NCBI RefSeq assembly: GCF_000090965.1
Contig: NC_008513.1
Location: 330,001-362,000 of the forward strand
DNA from: Candidatus Saccharimonadota bacterium
Lineage (GTDB): Bacteria; Pseudomonadota; Gammaproteobacteria; Enterobacterales; Enterobacteriaceae
Length of the DNA stretch: 32,000 nucleotides
Reading direction: 5' to 3'
The notes below the pieces were generated by a model, which was not told where the DNA came from, did no database searches, and worked only from the letters and a program-made list of their open reading frames with translations. Both the position numbers and the translations under genes were made by a program. This document shows, piece by piece, positions 1 through 8,176 of this stretch. The stretch's first letter is position 1. Each line of letters begins with the position of its first letter.

Positions 1-729
1 AACTTTTTTAATCCATTTATTAAAATGAAATAAATCATTTTGAACATAAACTTTAAATTTCATATTAGAAAAACCATTACCACTATAATTTGAAGAAATA
101 CCTTTATAAATTCCGTTACTTAAAGCTATTAAATTTAATTCTGTTTTCATTCCAGCCATAGTATATATTTGACTACCTAAATTAGGAATAAAAAAAGAAT
201 TCATAACAGAATTAGAAGTAATCTTAAAATTCACTGGAACATTTTTAGGAAAAGATATTTCATTAATTGTTGCAATTTTATAATAAGGATAAATAAATAA
301 CCAACGCCAATTTAAAGAAACTACTTCAATTGTAATAGGTTTATTAATATTTACTTTTAATTTTTTACTAGGTTCTAAACTATGTGTAGTATTCCATGAT
401 AAAAATGCTAAAAAAGAAATTATAAAAATTGGAATTAACCAACATATAATTTCTAAAAAATATGAATGTTTCCAATTTGGAGTATATTTTTCAGATGTAT
501 TTGAATGTCTATAATAATAGACAATAAAAAAAACTAACATTAAAACAGGAAAAACAATAATAAACATAATTTTAAAAACTAATAGCATTAATTCAAATTC
601 TAATTTTGAAATATAACCTGAAACATTTACACATATTTTTTTACTCATATATATCATAAAAAAAAATATTATAGAAACAAAAAAAATCATTAATAATTTA
701 AAAATATTATATTTACTAAATTTTTTCAT
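1..729 (-). CDS. cyoA: Cytochrome bo3 ubiquinol oxidase subunit II, N-terminal 243 codons; the 3' end runs off the window start
   Basis: Not in the ORF track because no stop lies in the window. The reverse-strand reading frame is open from ATG (727-729) to position 1. My translation is [10 protein letters not shown]...[52 protein letters not shown]...[71 protein letters not shown]. It aligns with E. coli CyoA (SPNWSHSNKVE...WKTTHALEPSKPL...[71 protein letters not shown]). Confidence 0.93.
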   Translation of the reverse strand, partial: [243 protein letters not shown]

Positions 730-1216
730 AGTTTTTAAACCTATATAACATAATATATTTGTTTTTTCTTAATAAAAAATACTTTAAAATATAAAAAACA
801 TTTTTTATATAAAATAATTATTTGTAATAATAAAATTTATTAATCTATTAAAATTAAATATAATAAAATGTTTAACAATTCTAAATTGACAGTAACGATA
901 ATTATACTGTATATTAAAAATAATAATGTATTTATATATATAAAAATTTTAAAAATTAATTTTATAACACAATTCATAATAAATAATAAATAATAAATAA
1001 TAACATTATTACATAGCGAATTATTTTTTCAAAATAAAATATTAAATTTATAATAATAAATATTATTTATAATATTTTTAAAAATTTTATTAAAAATTTA
1101 AAATTCAAAATAATATCAAAATATAAATAAAAATATTTATCATAATTATAAATATTATGATCTTAATAATTATTAATTCAATAATAAAATAAAAAATTAT
1201 AATTAAATCTACTATA

Positions 1217-1516
1217 ATGAAAAAAAAAATTAAAAAAAAAATTAAATCTATATTTGATATATTTTATCTAAAAATTTCTAAAGTTACTCATTTTAATAAA
1301 AATTATAGAAAAAATTCAAAACATTATATGATAATAATATCTGCATATGAATTTAATAAATTATCTTTATTAGAGCAACATAAAAAAATTTATAAAATTT
1401 TCTTTAAATATATTCCAAAAAAAATTTATTCTATACAAATACAAACATTTACAGTATTTCAATGGAAAGAAAAGAAAAAAAAAATATTTTTACCAGTATC
1501 TTGTATAAATTCTTAA
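1217..1516 (+). CDS. bolA: BolA family transcriptional regulator / morphogene
   Basis: 99-aa ORF. The segment ...HYMIIISAYEFNKLSLLEQHKKIYKIF...IYSIQIQTFTVFQWKEKK...PVSC aligns with E. coli BolA ([27 protein letters not shown]...VHALALHTYTIKEWEG...PPC). It sits at the syntenic position upstream of clpP. Confidence 0.85.
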   Translation: MKKKIKKKIKSIFDIFYLKISKVTHFNKNYRKNSKHYMIIISAYEFNKLSLLEQHKKIYKIFFKYIPKKIYSIQIQTFTVFQWKEKKKKIFLPVSCINS

Positions 1517-1723
1517 AAATAAAATTTTTAAATGAATGAATATATATTTGTATTTAAAAATAAAATCAAAATAAAAATATTTATTTCTAAAATATTTTTT
1601 ATAAAAATATATATGAAAATATTTAAAAATATTTAAAATATATAAAATTTTATATAAAAAGTAATATAAATAAAAAAAATTTATATTAATTTAATATAAA
1701 CATTTTTTAAAGAGAAATTAAAT

Positions 1724-2326
1724 ATGAATAATATTAAAAAAAAAAATCAACAAAAAAACAATTTACTTATACCATTTGTAATTGAAAAAACAAATCATGG
1801 AGAAAGATCATATGATATATTTTCTAAATTATTAAAAGAAAGAATAATTTTTATTACTGGGATAATCGATGATAATATCGCTAGTATTGTTATATCTCAA
1901 ATATTATTTCTAGAATCAGAAAATAAAAAAAAAGATATTTTTATATACATAAATTCTCCTGGAGGTATTATAACATCAGGATTATCAATTTATGATACTA
2001 TGCAATTTGTTCAACCTAAAATTAATACAATATGTATTGGACAAGCGGTCTATGCAGCTATATTATTATGTTCAGGAAACAAAGGAAAAAGATTTAGTTT
2101 ACCTCATGCTAGAATTATGTTACATCAACCATTAGGTGGTTTTAAAGGACAAGCATCAGATATTATGATACACGCTCAAGAAATAAAAAAAATAAAAAAA
2201 ATAATAAATAACTTATTATCTTATCATACCAAACAACCAATCAAAAAAATAAAAAAAGATACAGAACGTGATTACTTTTTTTCAGCACAAGAAGCTATTA
2301 AGTATGGTTTAATTGATTCTTTTTAA
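1724..2326 (+). CDS. clpP: ATP-dependent Clp protease proteolytic subunit; the reading frame is intact but the catalytic Ser is missing (see finding)
   Basis: 200-aa ORF collinear with E. coli ClpP ([72 protein letters not shown]). The active-site stretch reads [10 protein letters not shown] instead of GQAASMGAFLL. Confidence 0.9.
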   Translation: MNNIKKKNQQKNNLLIPFVIEKTNHGERSYDIFSKLLKERIIFITGIIDDNIASIVISQILFLESENKKKDIFIYINSPGGIITSGLSIYDTMQFVQPKINTICIGQAVYAAILLCSGNKGKRFSLPHARIMLHQPLGGFKGQASDIMIHAQEIKKIKKIINNLLSYHTKQPIKKIKKDTERDYFFSAQEAIKYGLIDSF

Positions 2327-2378
2327 AAAAAAGAAATATTTATAAATAAAAATGTTTTAAATAATCATAGAGAAAAAA

Positions 2379-3641
2379 ATGGATAATACAATTGATAATC
2401 AAGATATTATATTATGTTCTTTTTGCAAAAAAAATCAAAAAAAAACAAAAAAAATGATTACCGGTCTATCAGGACATATTTGTGACCAATGTATTTTACT
2501 GTGTTATGATATTCTAAATAAAAATAAATTTCAAAAAAACAAAAAAAAAATTAAATTATATACACCAAAAATTATAAAAGAATATTTAGACAAATTTATT
2601 ATAGGTCAAAAAAAAGCAAAAAAAATAATTTCAGTAGCTGTATATAATCATTATAAAAAAATTAATTATTTATTAAAAAAAAATCGTTCCCTAGAATTGG
2701 GAAAAAGTAATATTTTAATTATAGGACCTACTGGAACTGGAAAAACTTTAATAGCTGAAACATTAGCAAAATATTTAAAAGTACCATTCGCTATAGCAGA
2801 TGCTACTACTCTTACAGAAGCAGGATATGTAGGAGAAGATGTTGAAAATATTTTAAGAAAATTAATAGAAAACAGTAATTTTGATATAAATAAAGCAGAA
2901 AAAGGTATTATATATATTGATGAAATTGATAAAATTACAAAAAAATCAGAAAATCTTTCAATTACTCGTGATGTTTCAGGAGAAGGTGTACAACAATCAT
3001 TACTTAAAATAATAGAAGGAACTATTGCATCAGTTCCAATAAAAGGAACAAGGAAACATCCACAACAAGAAACATGGAAAATAAATACCTCAAAAATTTT
3101 ATTTATTTGCGGCGGATCTTTTTTTGGATTAACAAAAATTTTATCTAATCGTTTAAATAAAACATCTAATATTGGATTTAACAAAAAAATTAAAAAAATA
3201 AAAAAAAACAAAAAAAAAAACAATTATTTAAATAAAATACAACCACAAGATTTAATAAAATTTGGTTTAATTCCAGAATTTATTAGCAGATTACCAATTA
3301 TTGTTACATTAAAAAGTCTAAAAAAAAGTGATCTAATTAAAATACTCTGTAAACCGAAAAATGCTCTTATAAAACAATATAAAAAGTTGTTTTCTTTAGA
3401 AAAAGTAAAATTAAAATTTGATAATACAGCTCTAAAAGAAATTGCAAAATATGCTATTAAAAAAAAAACAGGGGCAAGAGGATTACGATCAATATTAGAA
3501 TCAGTTTTATTAAACACCATGTATAAAATACCTACATTTAAAAACATAAAAAGTATACATATTGATTCTTCTGTTATAAAAGGAATTCATCCGCCAAAAT
3601 TATTTTTTTTAAAAAAAAAAACAAAAAAAAATAATATATAA
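2379..3641 (+). CDS. clpX: ATP-dependent Clp protease ATP-binding subunit ClpX
   Basis: 420-aa ORF. It keeps the N-terminal zinc finger (CSFC...CDQC), Walker A (GPTGTGKT), pore-1 loop (GYVGEDV), Walker B (IIYIDEIDK), the IGF ClpP-docking loop (SNIGFN) and the sensor region (TGARGLRSI). Collinear with E. coli ClpX. Confidence 0.97.
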   Translation: MDNTIDNQDIILCSFCKKNQKKTKKMITGLSGHICDQCILLCYDILNKNKFQKNKKKIKLYTPKIIKEYLDKFIIGQKKAKKIISVAVYNHYKKINYLLKKNRSLELGKSNILIIGPTGTGKTLIAETLAKYLKVPFAIADATTLTEAGYVGEDVENILRKLIENSNFDINKAEKGIIYIDEIDKITKKSENLSITRDVSGEGVQQSLLKIIEGTIASVPIKGTRKHPQQETWKINTSKILFICGGSFFGLTKILSNRLNKTSNIGFNKKIKKIKKNKKKNNYLNKIQPQDLIKFGLIPEFISRLPIIVTLKSLKKSDLIKILCKPKNALIKQYKKLFSLEKVKLKFDNTALKEIAKYAIKKKTGARGLRSILESVLLNTMYKIPTFKNIKSIHIDSSVIKGIHPPKLFFLKKKTKKNNI

Positions 3642-3748
3642 ATTTTATATTATATCAATGTATAAAAATATTTTTATAAAGTTAAAATAACATCTATAAA
3701 ACTATAAAAAGTTTTATATATATTTAAAATTCTAATAGAGAGATATAT

Positions 3749-6097
3749 ATGAATGCTGGGTATTCTAAAAATGTTGATATTCCAATATTACCCTTACGGG
3801 ATATTGTAATTTATCCGTATATGGTTACTCCTTTATTTATTGGTCGAAAAAATTCAATCAAATGTATAGAATTTTCTATGCAAACTAATAAAAAAATACT
3901 TTTAATCACACAAAAAGAACCAACTATAGAAAATCCAAAAAAAAATGATTTATTTAAAATTGGTACTATAGCAAAAATCTTACAAATATTAAATTTGCCA
4001 GATGGAACTGTAAAAATTTTAGTTAAGGGAAAAAAAAGAGCAAAAATAGAAAAAATAAAAAAAAATAATAATTATTATTTAGCAAATATAAAATTTATTA
4101 AGCCTATTAAAATTGAAAAAAAAGAAAAAACAGTACTTATAAAAACAACAATAAAACAATTTAAAAAATATATTCAATTAAATAAAAAAATTTCATTAGA
4201 AACATTAGATAAATTAAAAAAAATTAAAGATATTGAAAAATTTAGCGATATATTAGCATATCAAATGCCTTTAAAAACAAAAGATAAACAAAAACTATTA
4301 GAAATGTTTAATACTAATAAACGTTTAGAATTTTTAATAGGAATTATGGAATCAGAAATTGAATTATTAAATATAGAAAAACGCATAAGAAATAGAATTA
4401 AAAAACAAACAGAAAAAAATCAAAGAGAATATTTTTTAACTGAACAAATTAAAGCAATACAAAAAGAATTAGGTGATATAGAAAATTCTATTGATGAACA
4501 TGAAAAATTAAAAAAAAAAATAAATTTAGCAAAAATGCCTAAAGAAGCAAAAAAAAAAGCACAGAATGAATTAAGAAGATTACGAATGATGTCACCTTTA
4601 TCAGCTGAATCTACAGTAGTAAGAAATTATATTGAATGGATAATACAAATTCCTTGGTGTAAAAAAAGTAAAATAAAAAAAAATATTCATATTGCTCAAA
4701 AAATATTAAATAATGATCATTTTGGACTTAATAATGTCAAAGAAAATATCTTAGAATATTTAGCAGTTCAAAATAGAAAAAGAAAAATAAAAGGTCCAAT
4801 TTTATGTTTAGTTGGTCCTCCAGGAATTGGAAAAACTTCTTTAGGAAAATCTATTGCACGTGCTACAGGAAGAAAATATATACGTATGGCATTAGGAGGA
4901 ATTAGAGATGAAGCTGAAATAAGAGGACATAGGAGAACCTATATTGGTTCCATGCCAGGAAAATTAATGCAAAAAATAGTAAAATCAGGTGTAAAAAACC
5001 CTCTTTTTTTACTAGATGAAATAGATAAAATGGCATTTGATATACGTATTGATCCAGCCGCTGCATTACTAGAAGTACTAGATTCAGAACAAAATAATTC
5101 TTTTAATGATCATTATTTAGAAATTGACTATGATTTATCAGAAGTTATGTTTATTGCTACATCTAATACTATGAATATACCAACACCATTATTAGATCGA
5201 ATGGAAATTATAAGATTGTCTGGATATACTGAAGAAGAAAAAATAAATATTGCTAAAAAATATTTACAACCAAAACAAATGAAACAAAATGCTTTAAAGA
5301 AAAAAGAATTATGTATTCAAGATAACGCTTTTACAGATATAATTAGATATTATACTCGAGAATCAGGAGTAAGAAATTTAGAAAGAGCAATTTCAAAAAT
5401 TTGTCGAAAATCTGTTAAAAAAATATTATTAGATACTAAAATTAGTGATATTGTGGTAAATAAAAAAAATTTAAAAAAATATTTAGGTATAAAAAAATAT
5501 GAATATGGGAAAACAAATAAAAAAAATCATATTGGACAAGTAGTAGGACTAGCATGGACAGAAATGGGGGGCGATCTATTAACTATTGAATGTTCATGTG
5601 TACCAGGTAAGGGAAAATTGATATACACTGGATCTCTTGGAAAAGTTATGCAAGAGTCTATACAAACAGCTTTAACAGTTGTTAGATCACAAGCTAATAA
5701 ATTAAATATTAAAAAAAATTTTTATAATAAAAATGATATACATATACATGTACCAGAAGGAGCAACACCAAAAGACGGACCTAGTGCAGGAGTAGCAATG
5801 TGTACAGCTATAGTATCCTGTCTTACAAATAATCCTGTCTTATCATGTATTGCTATGACTGGAGAAATTACATTAAGAGGAAAAGTATTAAATATTGGTG
5901 GACTTAAAGAAAAATTGTTAGCTGCTCATAGAGGTGGTGTAAAAAAAGTGTTTATTCCTTATGGAAATAAAAAAGATTTATCTGAAATACCTAAAAATAT
6001 ACTCTCTAAATTATATATACATAAAATAAAAAACATAGAAGAAATTTTTATTCTAGCTTTAGAAAAAAATCCTTATATAAGACATATAAATAAATAA
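3749..6097 (+). CDS. lon: ATP-dependent Lon protease
   Basis: 782-aa ORF. Walker A is GPPGIGKTS, the catalytic Ser motif is PKDGPSAGVAM and the catalytic Lys context is IGGLKEKLLAAHRGG. Collinear with E. coli Lon over its full length. Confidence 0.97.
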   Translation: MNAGYSKNVDIPILPLRDIVIYPYMVTPLFIGRKNSIKCIEFSMQTNKKILLITQKEPTIENPKKNDLFKIGTIAKILQILNLPDGTVKILVKGKKRAKIEKIKKNNNYYLANIKFIKPIKIEKKEKTVLIKTTIKQFKKYIQLNKKISLETLDKLKKIKDIEKFSDILAYQMPLKTKDKQKLLEMFNTNKRLEFLIGIMESEIELLNIEKRIRNRIKKQTEKNQREYFLTEQIKAIQKELGDIENSIDEHEKLKKKINLAKMPKEAKKKAQNELRRLRMMSPLSAESTVVRNYIEWIIQIPWCKKSKIKKNIHIAQKILNNDHFGLNNVKENILEYLAVQNRKRKIKGPILCLVGPPGIGKTSLGKSIARATGRKYIRMALGGIRDEAEIRGHRRTYIGSMPGKLMQKIVKSGVKNPLFLLDEIDKMAFDIRIDPAAALLEVLDSEQNNSFNDHYLEIDYDLSEVMFIATSNTMNIPTPLLDRMEIIRLSGYTEEEKINIAKKYLQPKQMKQNALKKKELCIQDNAFTDIIRYYTRESGVRNLERAISKICRKSVKKILLDTKISDIVVNKKNLKKYLGIKKYEYGKTNKKNHIGQVVGLAWTEMGGDLLTIECSCVPGKGKLIYTGSLGKVMQESIQTALTVVRSQANKLNIKKNFYNKNDIHIHVPEGATPKDGPSAGVAMCTAIVSCLTNNPVLSCIAMTGEITLRGKVLNIGGLKEKLLAAHRGGVKKVFIPYGNKKDLSEIPKNILSKLYIHKIKNIEEIFILALEKNPYIRHINK

Positions 6098-6140
6098 CAA
6101 TGTGAAGAAAAAATTGAATAAAGTTTATCTTTATACAACT

Positions 6141-6172
6141 TAGCTAGTTAGAATACATATTCTTACTAGCTA
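6141..6172 (+). terminator. Stem-loop just downstream of the lon stop codon; possible intrinsic terminator
   Basis: tagctagttagaat (6141-6154), loop acat, attcttactagcta (6159-6172): 14-nt arms with one mismatch. The following sequence has only a weak T-run (ttctatttta), so terminator function is uncertain. Confidence 0.35.
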
Positions 6173-6937
6173 TGAAAATTCTATTTTATAAAACTATAAA
6201 TTAGTAAACAATAAGGTTAAAATGATTAAATCATCTTTAAAAAATTTTTATAAAAAAAAAATTTTAATAATAATTACTATAGTTATTACATCTTCAATAA
6301 TATTAAGTAGTTTATCTAGTTTTTTTATACAAAAAAGATCATTACCGATCTTAACAGTAAATCAAGAAAAAATATATCCTGAAGTATTAAAATTAATTTA
6401 TAAAATAATAAAAAAAAAACAAAATAAAACAATTAAAGAAATATTTTTAAAAATAATATCTAAAGAAGAATACAAAAAATATATTTTTCAACAAATAATT
6501 ATAGATGTTATAAACGAATCTCTTTTAAAAGAATACATTAAAGATATAAATTTTTATATTTCAAAAAAGAACATTAAAAAAATTATATATTCTTCAAAAA
6601 ATTTTAAAAAAAAAAAAAAAATCAATTATAAGAAATATTTAAAATTTATTAATTATATACAATACACACATAATGAATATATAAATTCATTACAAAAAAA
6701 AATATCTGTAAAATATCTTATAAAACTCTTATCTAAATCTATTATTCTACTAAAAAAAGAAATTCATAATAAATTAAAAAAAATTATTGAAAGAAAAAAC
6801 ATACAAGTAATTCATTTTAATACTAAATTAAACAAATTAGAAAAAAAAAAAAATAAATCAAAAATAAAAAAATATTTTTTATTAAATAAAAAAAAATTTT
6901 ATTACCCAGAATCTTGTATTATAAAAATAATTCATTT

Positions 6938-6953
6938 AAAAAAAAAAAAAAAA
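6938..6953 (+). repeat. A16 homopolymer; site of ppiD frameshift 1 (frame 0 to frame 2)
   Basis: Counted 16 consecutive A. The upstream frame ends at TAA (6954-6956). The PpiD-like reading continues one base earlier (AGT AAT ATA... = SNIKNNFINFY). Confidence 0.85.
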
Positions 6954-7003
6954 TAAGTAATATAAAAAATAATTTCATTAATTTTTATTTAAAAAACATT
7001 AAT

Positions 7004-7014
7004 AAAAAAAAAAA
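7004..7014 (+). repeat. A11 homopolymer; site of ppiD frameshift 2 (frame 2 to frame 1)
   Basis: Frame 2 stops at 7049-7051. Frame 1 is open from 7006 and carries the PpiD-homologous sequence, so the overlap of the two open frames contains this A11 run. Confidence 0.75.
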
Positions 7015-7517
7015 TATAAAAAATATAAAATTTTACAAACTAATAGTTTAAAAAATGCAAAATTTTTATTAAACAAATTAAAAGAACAAAAAAAAAAAAA
7101 AAAATCATATAAATTCAATAATTTAAATAAAAACTTTAATTTAATATCTTTAGGCTGGATAAATAAAAAAAAAGTACCGAATTATATCAAAAAATTAAAA
7201 TTAAAAAAAAATAAAGATTATTCGAAAATAATATTTTATAAAAAAAATTTTTTTATTTTTTTTCTAGATTCAATTTATAAATCCAAGTTAAATAAAAATA
7301 ATATTAAAAATACTAAAATAATAAAAAAAATAAAAAATAATAATTATTTTTTTGAAAAAAAATTTTTTAAACAATCTATTAATAACACAATAAAAATAAA
7401 AAATAAAAAATTAGAAAATTTATTTATTAAAAAAAACATAAAAATATTTAAAACAAAACCAATTAATTATCAAAATATAATGAAACATAAATATTTAAAA
7501 AATTTAAGGATGTATAT

Positions 7518-7535
7518 AAAAAAAAAATTTTTTTT
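7518..7535 (+). repeat. A10 followed by T8; site of ppiD frameshift 3 (frame 1 to frame 0)
   Basis: Frame 1 stops at 7537-7539. Frame 0 is open from 7491 and carries the PpiD C-terminal homology from about 7542. The switch must therefore lie in the A10 (7518-7527) or T8 (7528-7535) run. Confidence 0.7.
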
Positions 7536-8176
7536 ATAAAAAATCTATTCAAAATAATTCAAAAATCCATATTTATAAAAAAAAAAAATAATGATATTTA
7601 TTTACTACAGATACACTCATATACCTCAAAAAAACTACAAAATAAAAAAACAATATATAAAAAAATTTTAAATATTTTAAATCTTAAAGAAAAAAACAAA
7701 AAAAATTATTTAAAAATAAAAGATTTCTTTTTAACACCAATGAATCAAAAAAAAAAATTTTTACAAAAAAATTCTGTATATTTATATAATAGTCAAACAT
7801 TATCAAGACAAAATTATGAAGAAATAATGCAAATACTTAATAATTTACCTCCAATAAAAAAAAATCATTATATATATTTATTATATAAACAAAAAAATAA
7901 AAAATATGAATTAATTATCATTAAAAAAGAATTTTTTAAAAAAATTGAAAAAAATGAAAAAAAAACCATTATTAAAAATATAAAAAAATATTTAAAAACA
8001 AAAACAATTAATAATATTTTAAATAGTTTATATAAAAAATCAAAAATTATTCTGAATTTTAATCAAACAAAATAAATTTTAGTATTTAAATAAAATTAAT
8101 TTATTTAAAAAAAAATTAATTATTTACTTTATTTTCAAAAAAAAAAAATTCATTTTTTATAAAATAAGGAAAAATT

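Larger units (their letters stand above)
6222..8075 (+). pseudogene. ppiD: Periplasmic chaperone / peptidyl-prolyl isomerase PpiD, full length but interrupted by three -1 frameshifts at homopolymer runs
   Basis: Four collinear open segments, with frame given as coordinate mod 3: frame 0 (6222 to about 6953), frame 2 (about 6938 to about 7010), frame 1 (about 7006 to about 7535) and frame 0 (about 7518 to 8075). Together they align with E. coli PpiD end to end. Examples: QQIIIDVINESLLKEY vs QQVLNRLIDEALLDQY; YKILQTNSLKNAKFLLNKL vs YSIIQTKTEDEAKAVLDEL; LGWINKKKVPNYIKKLKLKKNKDYSKIIFYKKNFFIFFLDSI vs MGWLEDATIPDELKNAGLKEKGQLSGVIKSSVGFLIVRLDDI; NLFKIIQKSIF vs LNFKPVADAIF; DIYLLQIHSY vs DRAFVLRISEH. 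The total span of 1854 nt is about the size of E. coli ppiD. Confidence 0.85.

Noticed and set aside
868-993. A 41-codon ORF (MFNNSKLTVTIIILYIKNNNVF...) in the cyoA-bolA spacer.
   Set aside because: It has no recognisable similarity, a low-complexity product and no Shine-Dalgarno sequence, and an ORF of this length is expected by chance. The TTGACA inside it is more plausibly a promoter element.
976-1003. A perfect 4x tandem repeat of the heptamer ataataa.
   Set aside because: It is a microsatellite-like low-complexity repeat in almost pure A/T spacer and is too short to suggest a regulatory array or CRISPR-like structure. It is mentioned only within the spacer finding.
2666-3547. Two long antisense ORFs (185 aa at 2666-3223 and 107 aa at 3224-3547) on the - strand inside clpX.
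   Set aside because: They are fully nested in a strongly conserved clpX frame. Their products are Phe/Ile/Leu-rich low-complexity sequence, which is the mirror image of Lys/Asn/Ile-rich sense codons, and I recognise no family similarity. Such shadow ORFs are expected in very A+T-rich coding DNA.
3695-3718. Small A/T-only palindromes in spacers, for example tataaaac-N8-gttttata (3695-3718) upstream of lon and tttctat-aaa-atagaaa (16334-16350) upstream of folD.
   Set aside because: Stems of 7-8 bp made only of A/T pairs are expected by chance at this composition and would be only marginally stable, so nothing supports terminator or operator function.
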